Origin: Candidatus Saccharimonadota bacterium
GTDB lineage: Bacteria; Pseudomonadota; Gammaproteobacteria; Enterobacterales; Enterobacteriaceae
Assembly: GCF_000185985.2 (NCBI RefSeq)
Contig: NC_014909.2
Coordinates: 510,001-542,000, forward strand
Reading direction: 5' to 3'
DNA length: 32,000 bases
Shown here: piece by piece, positions 1 to 8,920 of the stretch
Numbering within the stretch: position 1 is the first letter of the stretch
How the letters are laid out: each line of letters opens with the position of its first letter
Notes under the pieces: generated by a model
The model's input: the letters and a program-made list of their open reading frames with translations, nothing else
Database searches by the model: none
What the model was told of the DNA's origin: nothing
Made by a program: the position numbers and the translations under genes

Positions 1-540
1 AACTAAATAATCTCTAGCACCTTCTGGGGTAGATTTAGTTAAAATAGGAGTATCAATATTAAAAAACCCCTCCAACTCCATAAATCTATGAGTTAATGAC
101 ATAACTCTAGAACGAGTTTTAATATTCAATAACATGATCGGTCTTCTTAAATCTAAATAACGATATTTTAAACGATTCTCCTCTGTATTATTCTTAGTAA
201 TATCTAATGGTAATGGCTCAGACACATTAAGAATGACAAAAAATTTCGCTACAATTTCAATCATTCCAGTTAACATATTTTTATTTATTTGAGTAATAGG
301 ACGAGCACGAACTATTCCTCTTAATTGTATACAAAATTCCTGTTTAAGACTAATAGAAGCATTTTTACATACTTCTTGTTGAAAATTAGGATCAAAACAT
401 ACTTGAATAGAACCCTCTCTATCCCTTAACTCAATAAACATTAACTTTCCAAGATTTCTTAACTTACTTATCCAACCACACAATGTTATTTCCAAACCAA
501 TATGAGCTGAATTTAATTGCCCGCAATAAGCAGTACGCAT
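1..540 (-). CDS. aspS: aspartate--tRNA ligase (AspRS), N-terminal 180 codons; gene runs off the left edge
   Basis: Absent from the ORF track because it has no in-window stop. Hand translation from the ATG at 540 downward gives MRTAYCGQLNSAHIGLEITLCGWISKLRNLGKLMFIELRDREGSIQVCFDP...NRLKYRYLDLRRP...TPILTKSTPEGARDYLV. This is colinear with the E. coli AspRS N-terminal OB-fold and the start of the catalytic core. The frame stays open to position 1. Confidence 0.93.
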   Translation of the reverse strand, partial: MRTAYCGQLNSAHIGLEITLCGWISKLRNLGKLMFIELRDREGSIQVCFDPNFQQEVCKNASISLKQEFCIQLRGIVRARPITQINKNMLTGMIEIVAKFFVILNVSEPLPLDITKNNTEENRLKYRYLDLRRPIMLLNIKTRSRVMSLTHRFMELEGFFNIDTPILTKSTPEGARDYLV

Positions 541-944
541 GCATTACCTCTGACTCAAAAATCAATATATTGTATATTTACAATTGTACAAAATAAATAA
601 AAATTTATTTATTCATATAATTATGTAATGTAGCATGATCTTATTATAAAATATATATTTGTATATATAACGCTCTTATTAAACATTAAAATAATATCGT
701 TCATATACATAATTTAAATTTTTATCATCAAACTCATGCTGTTAAAATAAATATATGTAAATCTCCCTAATATTAATTGATATATGAACATTAACATAGA
801 CACTACATAATCATGATAATATACAAAACAAATATCCTATTATTTATATATAAAAATACGTATACAAATTATAATCAAATAAATATGTATGCAGTTTATA
901 AAACAAAATAAAAACTTCAATAATTAATTAATTCTATAAATTAT

Positions 945-2693
945 ATGAACATTCAAAATCTTTTATTGCAACATCTATATCAAGCTTTACTTAAAATAAA
1001 CGCAGAATCTTTTTTTCATTTAATCAAAATTCACATATCTACTCACAAGCAATTTGGAGACTATCAAATTAATGGACTTATTCCTATATCCAAATTACTA
1101 AATATTTCTGTTGAAAATTTTTCTAAAAAACTTATTAAATTTATAAATTTACAACACATGGTTGAAATTATAAAATTTGAACAACCAGGGTTCATTAATA
1201 TTTTTTTAAGTTCAACATGGATAGAAAACCAAATTAATTATATTGGTAATTTACCTAATTTTGGAATTTATTCAAAACAACAAAAAACCATCATTATTGA
1301 TTATTCTGGCCCTAATATTGCAAAAGAAATGCATGTTGGACATTTAAGATCAACTGTAATTGGCGATAGTACCGCTCGTATTCTATCTTTTTTAGGACAT
1401 CATGTTATTAAAGCGAATCATATAGGCGATTGGGGCACTCAATTTGGTATGTTAATTGCATATATACACAAACAAATACCACATAACTTTTCATTAAATA
1501 AAATTCAATCATTTGATGTATTAGAAAAATACTATCAAGAGGCTAAAAAAATATATGATATTGATCCTAATTTTGCTAAATTAGCACGTCATTATGTTGT
1601 AAAATTACAACAAGGCGATGGTTATTGTAAAAAAATATGGCAACATTTAGTAAATATATCTGTTTCAAATAATCAAAAATTATATAATCGGCTTAACATC
1701 ACTCTCAAAAAAAGCGATATCATGGGAGAAAGCATGTATCAAAATATGCTACCCCATATTGTTAGGGACCTAAAAAATAAAAAAATAGCCGTTACTAGTA
1801 ATAATGCTACCGTAGTTTTCCTCAATAAAGATCAAAAAAACGAATATTACTCTTCTTTTGGAGTAATAATACAAAAAAAAGATGGAGGTTATTTATATAG
1901 TACCACTGACATCGCTTGTATAAAATATCGTTGTGAAATATTACATGCTGATAGAATCATCTATTATACTGATTCAAGACAAAAACAACACTTGTTACAA
2001 GCATGGAAAATTGCACATAAAGCAGGATACATTCCAAAATCAGTATCATTTGAACATCATATATGCGGCATGATACTTCAAAAAAATAGAAAACCATTCC
2101 AAACTAGAGCAGGAAACGTATTAAAATTAACCACATTACTAAATGAAGCTTTTAAAAAAGCCCATGATTTAATTTATAGAAAAAACCCTAATTTAGAAGA
2201 TATAAAATTAAACAAACTTGCGCACATTATTAGCATAGGAGCAATTAAATATACTGAATTATCGAAAAATAGATCAACAAATTATATATTTAACTGGGAT
2301 ACTATGTTAAATTTTAACGGTAATACTGCTTTATATATACAATACGCTTATACTCGAATTTTTTCAATATTAAAAAAAACCGGACAACCTAACCTAAAAA
2401 AAAATAAATACAAAATTCAAATAATTACCAAAAAAGAAAAACTATTAGCAACTTGCTTGCTTCAATTTAATGAAATAATTGAAATTATAGCAGATCAAGG
2501 AACTCCACATCTATTATGTAATTATTTATATAAATTATCAGCATTATTTTCTTCATTTTATGAATCTTATCCTATTTTAGAAACAAAAAACATTCATCTA
2601 CAACATAGTAGATTAAAATTATCTTTATTTACTGCTCATATTTTAAAACAAGGTTTAGAACTATTGGGAATAGAAACATCAGAGTATATGTAA
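945..2693 (+). CDS. argS: arginine--tRNA ligase (ArgRS)
   Basis: 582-aa ORF with full-length colinear similarity to E. coli ArgRS. Matching blocks include the class I HIGH region (NIAKEMHVGHLRST), ANHIGDWGTQFGML, VIIQKKDGGYLYSTTDIAC and GNTALYIQYAYTRI. The C-terminal end LGIETSEYM matches E. coli LGIETVERM. Confidence 0.97.
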   Translation: MNIQNLLLQHLYQALLKINAESFFHLIKIHISTHKQFGDYQINGLIPISKLLNISVENFSKKLIKFINLQHMVEIIKFEQPGFINIFLSSTWIENQINYIGNLPNFGIYSKQQKTIIIDYSGPNIAKEMHVGHLRSTVIGDSTARILSFLGHHVIKANHIGDWGTQFGMLIAYIHKQIPHNFSLNKIQSFDVLEKYYQEAKKIYDIDPNFAKLARHYVVKLQQGDGYCKKIWQHLVNISVSNNQKLYNRLNITLKKSDIMGESMYQNMLPHIVRDLKNKKIAVTSNNATVVFLNKDQKNEYYSSFGVIIQKKDGGYLYSTTDIACIKYRCEILHADRIIYYTDSRQKQHLLQAWKIAHKAGYIPKSVSFEHHICGMILQKNRKPFQTRAGNVLKLTTLLNEAFKKAHDLIYRKNPNLEDIKLNKLAHIISIGAIKYTELSKNRSTNYIFNWDTMLNFNGNTALYIQYAYTRIFSILKKTGQPNLKKNKYKIQIITKKEKLLATCLLQFNEIIEIIADQGTPHLLCNYLYKLSALFSSFYESYPILETKNIHLQHSRLKLSLFTAHILKQGLELLGIETSEYM

Positions 2694-2700
2694 TATGTAT

Positions 2701-2714
2701 CTACTAATTAGTAG
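2701..2714. repeat. 14-bp perfect palindrome ctactaattagtag at the 10-nt argS/murJ convergent junction, overlapping the murJ stop codon
   Basis: Read directly: positions 2701-2714 equal their own reverse complement. The palindrome lies between the argS stop (2691-2693) and the murJ stop (2704-2706). It can fold as a 5-bp stem with a 4-nt loop. Palindromes of this size are expected a few times by chance in DNA this AT-rich. Confidence 0.5.
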
Positions 2715-4266
2715 TATCTCTATGAAACCAAAAAAAATCTTTCACTCGAAATCCTAATAATTTTAATATCGCAAGATAACTACTTATTCCTAAAATTAAT
2801 ATACTTATTATTTTTAATAATCTATAAAACATATGATTTATAACCCATCCCTCTCCATTTCCATAAATTAATAATTGCATGAAAAATATAGCTATATACA
2901 TAAAACACAATGCTATAACTAATTTACACAAAAAATGCAACCATCCAGAAGATAAACGAAATAAATATTTTTTCTTAAATTGCCAAAATAATAATCCTGC
3001 ATTTAGCCAAGCACCTAAACTAATAGAACAAGCAAAAGCAACGTGTTTTAATATATGAATAAACATCATGTTTATAAATTGCGAAAAAACTACAGTAATA
3101 ATAATCATGCGAATTGGAGTTTGGATATCATGACGAGAATAAAAACCCGCAGTTAATACTTTAGTTAAGATTAAACCAGGTAATCCTATTGAATAAGCTA
3201 TTACAGAATATTGAGTCATCAAAACATCAAATCCTGAAAATTTACCATACTGAAATAATGTTATTATTAATGGTTTAGATAAAACTCCTAAAATAACAGC
3301 ACTAGGAAAACTTAATACACAACATAATTTTAACCCCCAATTTATAAGATTAAAATACTCTACACTACTTCCTATCGCAATAAACCTAGATAAACATGGC
3401 AATAAAACAGTAGTTAATGTCACTCCAAAAATACCAATAGGTAATTCAATAATTCTATCAGCATAATATATCCAAGAAATAGACCCATCTGGTAAAAACG
3501 ATGCAAAAATAGTATTAATTGTTAAAGATATTTGATTACTTAATACTGCAACTAACATCAATCCTGCAGACCGACATATCCTATGTATTCTATTATCATG
3601 TAAATTAACTGTTGGACAAACTAATAAATTTACTTTTTTTAAAAATGGCAAACAATATATACACTGCAATAATCCTCCTACAAACACTGACCAAGATAAT
3701 CCAACTATGGGAGTACACAAATATAAATATTTAGAACATAACATAAATCCTATCATACTTATATTTAAAAAAATTGGAATAAACGCAGGAACCAAAAAAA
3801 AATTCCACGTATTTAAAGTTGCTCCCATAAAAGATGCTAAAGAAATCAATAAAATATAAGGAATCATAATTCGAAATAATAAAACGGTTGTATCAAATTT
3901 TTCTGAAATATTATCAAACCCAGGAACAGCAATCCTTATAATCCAAGGAGCTAATAATAACCCAAAAAAAATTATTATAATTAAAATGATTATTAATAAA
4001 CCAAACGCACGAGAAATAAATGTTTTTATTTCTTTTATATCAAAAAAACATTTATATTCTGATAATATAGGTAAAAAAATCTGATAACATGCGCCTTCAG
4101 CAAAAATTCGTCGTAAAAAATTAGATAATTTAAAAGCAACGAAAAAAGCATCAGTCATTATACTTGCTCCAAATGTTCGAGCTATAATATTATCCCTAAT
4201 AAATCCTAGAACCCTAGAAAACGTAGTTATAAAGCTTACTCGTATTAATGGCTTTAATAAATTCAT
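2704..4266 (-). CDS. murJ: lipid II flippase MurJ (MviN)
   Basis: 520-aa polytopic membrane ORF. The N-terminus MNLLKPL...FSRVLGFIRDNIIARTFGA..TDAFFVAFKLSNFLRRIFAEGA and later blocks (FPYILLISLAS, LNTWN.F..PAF.P..LNISMIG, SWIYYADR, GFYSR.DI.TP) are colinear with E. coli MurJ, which is about 511 aa. Confidence 0.95.
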   Translation of the reverse strand: MNLLKPLIRVSFITTFSRVLGFIRDNIIARTFGASIMTDAFFVAFKLSNFLRRIFAEGACYQIFLPILSEYKCFFDIKEIKTFISRAFGLLIIILIIIIFFGLLLAPWIIRIAVPGFDNISEKFDTTVLLFRIMIPYILLISLASFMGATLNTWNFFLVPAFIPIFLNISMIGFMLCSKYLYLCTPIVGLSWSVFVGGLLQCIYCLPFLKKVNLLVCPTVNLHDNRIHRICRSAGLMLVAVLSNQISLTINTIFASFLPDGSISWIYYADRIIELPIGIFGVTLTTVLLPCLSRFIAIGSSVEYFNLINWGLKLCCVLSFPSAVILGVLSKPLIITLFQYGKFSGFDVLMTQYSVIAYSIGLPGLILTKVLTAGFYSRHDIQTPIRMIIITVVFSQFINMMFIHILKHVAFACSISLGAWLNAGLLFWQFKKKYLFRLSSGWLHFLCKLVIALCFMYIAIFFMQLLIYGNGEGWVINHMFYRLLKIISILILGISSYLAILKLLGFRVKDFFWFHRDTTN

Positions 4267-4785
4267 CGTTATTATAAATAATCAATAATTTTATTATATA
4301 TATAATGTATAAAATATATTTCTATATACTAAATATATGATTATGTAAATACAATAAATTTCTAAAATATATAGTATTAAAATTTACAAAATATATGTGA
4401 TAATAGTTCTATCATACATAAACACTTAATACATACATAATCATTCAATATACGTATATTATATGCTTCATATACATAATGAATTATATTACATATCTAA
4501 TACATAAATAATCAGACATGATAAAATAATTTAATCAAGTTAATGATAAAAATAAATAATACTAATTGTAGCATCAAATAACTACAAACAAAAACTATTA
4601 GTCATCTTATGCGATTACTATAACTATATCCTGTATTTACTAAAAAATATCTCATGATATAAGCACAAAATTAATAACATAAAACAAAATTATATAGTAT
4701 CAAAAATTAATGTATTATAATGGGTATACTTATATCATTCATACAAAATCTACATAAAAACATCACATACTATAAGCGGTGACTC

Positions 4786-6033
4786 ATGCATTCAACATCT
4801 AAAGCTCGAAGATTAGGTAAGTATTTTTTAATTATAGATAATATGTTTGTGGTTATAGGCTTTTATGCTGTTTTTCCATTAATTTCAATATACTTTGTTG
4901 AACAATTAGGATGGGCAGCTTTTTTAGTTGGATTTGCTTTAGGATTACGCCAATTTATTCAACAGGGATTAGGTATTTTCGGAGGTGCATTTGCTGATAA
5001 ATTAGGAGCTAAACCAATGATTGTCTCCGGACTATTAATGCGTACAGTAGGATTTATTATAATGAGTATTGCACAAACTCCCATACTATTGTGTTTATCA
5101 TGTATATTGTCCGCATTAGGGGGTACATTATTTGATCCTCCAAGAACAGCTTTAGTTATTAAATTGATACGACCATGGGAATTAGGTAGATTTTATTCTA
5201 TTTTAATGTTAGAAGATAGTGTATGCGCAATTATAGGAATAACATTAGGCACATGGTTACTACAATACAATTTTAAACTAGTGTGCTTTACAGGGGCAAT
5301 ATTATTTTTTATAGCTGGTATTTTTAATGCATGGGGGTTACCTGATTATAAAATTTCTAGTTCTCATCTTTCTTTATTAGATGGAATTAAAAAAGTATTA
5401 AACAATCAAAGATTTGTTATTTATGCTTTAACACTAACCGGATATTATATTTTATCTGCTCAAATGATGTTAATGTTACCAATTCGTGTTCACGAAATAT
5501 CTGGGCAATTATCATGCATAAAATATATCTATATCATAGAAGCTATTTTATCTTTATTGTTTATCATTCCTATAACTTATTGGGCTGAAAAATATTTTCG
5601 GTTAGAAACACGATTAATGATGGGATTAATTATAATGATTATTAGCTTATTCCCTATTGGGTTAGTAAAAAACTTATATGAATTATTACTTTTAGTTAGT
5701 TTATTTTATATAGGCTCTATTATTGCCGAACCTGCAAGAGAAACATTAATTGCTTTATTCACAGACTACAAAGCACGCAGTAGTTATATAGGGTTTAATA
5801 AATTTAGTTTAGCTTTAGGAGGTACTTTGGGTTATAGTGGTAGTGGGTGGTTATATGACCTAGGTAAAAAATTAAATTTCTTACAATTACCATGGATAGC
5901 GCTCAGTGTAATAGGTATTATTACACTATTGGGATTATACTATCAATTTCGATATTATTCCTTTCAATTCTCCTTATTAAATAAAAAAAATTGTACTTAT
6001 ACACATAATAAATCTATTCGGAAAAAAAATTAG
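4786..6033 (+). CDS. mdtH: MFS transporter, MdtH (YceL) orthologue
   Basis: 415-aa 12-TM-type ORF. Blocks [79 protein letters not shown] and [15 protein letters not shown] are near-identical to E. coli MdtH as I recall it. Confidence 0.9.
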   Translation: MHSTSKARRLGKYFLIIDNMFVVIGFYAVFPLISIYFVEQLGWAAFLVGFALGLRQFIQQGLGIFGGAFADKLGAKPMIVSGLLMRTVGFIIMSIAQTPILLCLSCILSALGGTLFDPPRTALVIKLIRPWELGRFYSILMLEDSVCAIIGITLGTWLLQYNFKLVCFTGAILFFIAGIFNAWGLPDYKISSSHLSLLDGIKKVLNNQRFVIYALTLTGYYILSAQMMLMLPIRVHEISGQLSCIKYIYIIEAILSLLFIIPITYWAEKYFRLETRLMMGLIIMIISLFPIGLVKNLYELLLLVSLFYIGSIIAEPARETLIALFTDYKARSSYIGFNKFSLALGGTLGYSGSGWLYDLGKKLNFLQLPWIALSVIGIITLLGLYYQFRYYSFQFSLLNKKNCTYTHNKSIRKKN

Positions 6034-6260
6034 CTCATATGTTAAAACAAAATAATTAATAATAATAAAAATCCATCAATTTTATACATAAATCAACAGC
6101 CTTATGCTTGACGAATAATAATTAACTCTATACTATCTAATTCAAAAATTAAGCTATTAAATTTGATCATTATGCAATTAATATTTTTAAAAGCACTATA
6201 CAAATAATATAAAACAAAAAATAAAACAAATATCATATAAACTCTATATGATACCTCAAT

Positions 6261-6352
6261 GGTGAGGTGTCCGAGTGGCTCAAGGAGCATGCCTGGAAAG
6301 CATGTATACGTATTAACTTAATGTATCAAGGGTTCGAATCCCTTCCTCACCG
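6261..6352 (+). tRNA. tRNA-Ser (anticodon GGA), class II with long variable arm; no encoded CCA
   Basis: GGTGAGGTGTCCGAGTGGCTCAAGGAGCATGCCTGGAAAGCATG...AAGGGTTCGAATCCCTTCCTCACCG. The acceptor is GGTGAGG/CCTCACC. The anticodon stem is CATGC/GCATG with loop CTGGAAA, giving anticodon GGA. The T arm is AAGGG-TTCGAAT-CCCTT and the discriminator is G. The sequence is near-identical to E. coli tRNA-Ser(GGA) except for a longer variable arm. It is followed by gta rather than cca. Confidence 0.95.
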
Positions 6353-6455
6353 TATAGAATAAATTATTATATAAATAACAATAAAAAATGAAAATTTAAA
6401 AATATATACAACCTCATTTTTGGAAAAATAAATCATATCTATTAAAAATTTTTAA

Positions 6456-6506
6456 TTTCCCTAAATAACAATATTATCAATTTAATAATGTTGTTATTTA
6501 GGGAAA
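6456..6506. repeat. 22-bp stem / 7-nt loop inverted repeat between the two convergent tRNA-Ser genes (possible terminator)
   Basis: tttccctaaataacaatattat (6456-6477) pairs with ataatgttgttatttagggaaa (6485-6506). Of the 22 positions, 21 are Watson-Crick and one is T:G, which would be a U:G wobble in the plus-strand RNA. The loop is caattta. A T-run (ttaaaaattttt) follows the stem only in the minus-strand reading. Confidence 0.6.
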
Positions 6507-6637
6507 ATTGAATAATATATACACACATCAAACATAAATAAAATTACTATTTATAACAAACAACTTTTTAATCATATTCATGATATAAAAATTACTCATA
6601 ATCTCTCACACTACTATTTTTATATATAAATCAATAA

Positions 6638-6729
6638 TGGAGAGAAAGGGATTCGAACCCTTGAAAGAATTGGTTTTTTCTTTAGACAGTTTTCGAAACT
6701 GTTCCGTTCAACCCCTCCGGCATCTCTCC
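6638..6729 (-). tRNA. tRNA-Ser (anticodon CGA), serU-like, class II; discriminator A73; no encoded CCA
   Basis: The reverse complement reads GGAGAGATGCCGGAGGGGTTGAACGGAACAGTTTCGAAAACTGTCTAAAGAAAAAACCAATTCTTTCAAGGGTTCGAATCCCTTTCTCTCCA. The acceptor is GGAGAGA/TCTCTCC. The anticodon stem is ACAGT/ACTGT with loop TTCGAAA, giving anticodon CGA. The variable-arm stem is AAAGAA/TTCTTT and the T arm is AAGGG-TTCGAAT-CCCTT. The 5' half is almost identical to E. coli serU. Confidence 0.92.
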
Positions 6730-6888
6730 TATCTATACATAAAATAAAAACAAAATTATTATTTATTCGAAACATAATAATCAACTCTTTTCTTTTATAA
6801 AACTTGACATTATTTCCATATTTAGCACAACAAAATATATTTCTTGTATGTATATAGACAATTATATATAATATGGAGCAACATATGA

Positions 6889-6964
6889 TCCTCTGTAGTT
6901 CAGTTGGTAGAACAACGGACTGTTAATCCGTATGTCACTGGTTCGAATCCAGTCAGAGGAGCCA
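6889..6964 (+). tRNA. tRNA-Asn (anticodon GUU), CCA encoded
   Basis: TCCTCTGTAGTTCAGTTGGTAGAACAACGGACTGTTAATCCGTATGTCACTGGTTCGAATCCAGTCAGAGGAGCCA is 76 nt. It differs from E. coli tRNA-Asn at only a handful of positions. The anticodon loop is CTGTTAA. Confidence 0.97.
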
Positions 6965-7002
6965 TATATAATCAAATTATTCAAATTAAACGTATAATAA
7001 AT

Positions 7003-7992
7003 TCATTCAATAATTTTAACTTTATATAAATCATTAATACTTATTGATCCTACCAAAATTCCTGATTTATCAACTACCGGGGCTGCGGTAATATTCAATT
7101 TATATAAAATTTTAATAGCTTCATCAACTCTACACTCTTGAGCAACATAATGACCAGGTTTAGTCATCGCTATACAAATAGAATCCTTTAAAGATTTATC
7201 TTGTTGTATTATCCATCTTCTTAAATCTTCATCCGTAAATACTCCTATAACATACTGATTATCATCACAAACAGCAGTTAGACCTAATCCAGTACGAAGC
7301 AATTCAAACATAGCATCCATAACAGTTGATTTCCAAAAAACCTTTGAAATTTTATTCCCTATACGCATTACATGGTGCACACAATTTAATAATTGAGCTC
7401 CTAAGGTTCCTCCAGGATGAAATTGAGCAAATTTCTCTATACTAAATCCTTTATATCTCATTAAAGACATAGTTAAAGCATCTCCCATCATTAAAGCGTT
7501 AACTGCACTAGAAGTAGGTACTAATTCCATAGGACATGCTTCTCGTTGTATTTGAATATTCAAAACACAATTTGATTGCACAGCCAAAGGAGAATTAGAA
7601 TTTCCAGTTAATGCAATTATAGGAATATTATTCTCTATCAATACGGGAATTAAAAGACTTATTTCATACGAACGACCAGAATACGAAATAAATATTACTA
7701 CATCTTTTGATTCAATCATTCCTAAATCGCCATGTAACGCTTCCGAAGGATGCATAAAAAACGCTGGAGTTCCAGTACTAGATAAAGAAGCTGCAAGTTT
7801 CTTCCCAATATGTCCCGACTTTCCTATTCCAGAGACAATAACTTTTCCTTCACATCTCAATAAAATTTGACAAGCAACTACAATACTTTCATCTAAGCGA
7901 TCTAACATATGTAGCGCTTCATTTATTTCAATTTTTATAGTTTCTTTAGCGTATTCTAGTAACAATCTATCATTAATCATATAAATAAGCAT
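7003..7992 (-). CDS. gutQ: arabinose-5-phosphate isomerase (SIS + tandem CBS), GutQ-type paralogue of KdsD
   Basis: 329-aa ORF. Blocks CEGKVIVSGIGKSGHIGKKLAASLSSTGTPAFFMHPSEALHGDLGMIESKDVVIFISYSG, REACPMELVPTSSAVNALMMGDALTMSLM, TVMDAM.EL.RTGLGL.AVCD and ITAAPVVD match E. coli GutQ more closely than KdsD, as I recall both. The start could instead be the ATG at 7980 (MINDR...). Confidence 0.88.
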   Translation of the reverse strand: MLIYMINDRLLLEYAKETIKIEINEALHMLDRLDESIVVACQILLRCEGKVIVSGIGKSGHIGKKLAASLSSTGTPAFFMHPSEALHGDLGMIESKDVVIFISYSGRSYEISLLIPVLIENNIPIIALTGNSNSPLAVQSNCVLNIQIQREACPMELVPTSSAVNALMMGDALTMSLMRYKGFSIEKFAQFHPGGTLGAQLLNCVHHVMRIGNKISKVFWKSTVMDAMFELLRTGLGLTAVCDDNQYVIGVFTDEDLRRWIIQQDKSLKDSICIAMTKPGHYVAQECRVDEAIKILYKLNITAAPVVDKSGILVGSISINDLYKVKIIE

Positions 7993-8318
7993 TAAAATAG
8001 ATAATGAAAAATTATTAATATGACATCAATATATGATCACTCAAATATTGAGTATTCCATTTATTTAAAATTTTATTGTTATTAACATCCCTAAAACCAA
8101 TCAACAATATACAACATCATCAAAAACATTTGCAATGATAATAAAACTTAATATATCTCCTAAAATGAGATATGTATATCTTTAATATACAACCTACTAT
8201 TCCAATCACATCCTATTTTTATAATAAGCACTAATATTTTTCAAATAAATCATTCTTCAATCATAAAACCCAAATGTATTTTACTTAAAAAGTAAAAAAT
8301 TAAAACCATGAATTGTCA

Positions 8319-8651
8319 TCACTCAGAATCATCATAAGATTTTTTTAAATATTTTAATTTTTTTGATAATTCCCTACGTTCTTTAGATAATTCTGCATTT
8401 TTTATTATATATTCGTCAACCCGATCTTCATAATCATTACACATATTAATTATTATAGCTTGAATACCGTCTATAGAAGTTTCAGATTTTATATAATTAC
8501 TTAAATCTCCTAATAACAGCACTCTTTTTTGATTATCCCGAATTTTTTTTTCATTATCAATTATTTCTCGTTGCAGTTTATTTTTACGACGAAGCATTCG
8601 TACAAACTCTAATACATCATAAAAAGATTTATCTATTGAATCTTGACTCAT
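8319..8651 (-). CDS. yeeX: UPF0265 family protein YeeX
   Basis: From the internal ATG at 8651: [55 protein letters not shown]...[28 protein letters not shown]. This is near-identical in its blocks to E. coli YeeX (..[38 protein letters not shown]...[21 protein letters not shown]). The 19 hydrophobic codons the ORF track adds upstream have no counterpart in E. coli YeeX. The gene sits next to sbcB, near where it lies in E. coli. Confidence 0.9.
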   Translation of the reverse strand: MSQDSIDKSFYDVLEFVRMLRRKNKLQREIIDNEKKIRDNQKRVLLLGDLSNYIKSETSIDGIQAIIINMCNDYEDRVDEYIIKNAELSKERRELSKKLKYLKKSYDDSE

Positions 8652-8920
8652 AATTTTATTCCAATTAATTCGTAGAACTAGAACAATATATATCAACACA
8701 CAATACAAACAAAACCATAATATATAATAACATTTCTTGTTAAGAATACTAATTAAAATCAGTAAAAATTATCATTCCCATATTTATGACATGTAATTAT
8801 TATAATTATATAAGGCATAATTATATGTTAATTATGATTAATATTGCATCAACACAATACTGTATTCAAAAAAATATGCTAATATTTATATTAAAAAATA
8901 ATTAATGTTTATAAATAATT

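Noticed and set aside
6102-6290. 62-aa minus-strand ORF from the supplied track
   Set aside because: Its 5' end overlaps the well-supported tRNA-Ser(GGA) gene at 6261-6352. The sequence is hydrophobic and low-complexity with no recognisable similarity. It is typical of a chance ORF in AT-rich spacer DNA.
8652-8708. 19-codon N-terminal extension of yeeX in the ORF track
   Set aside because: Similarity to E. coli YeeX starts just after the internal MSQDS.... The extension ([19 protein letters not shown]) looks like translated spacer.
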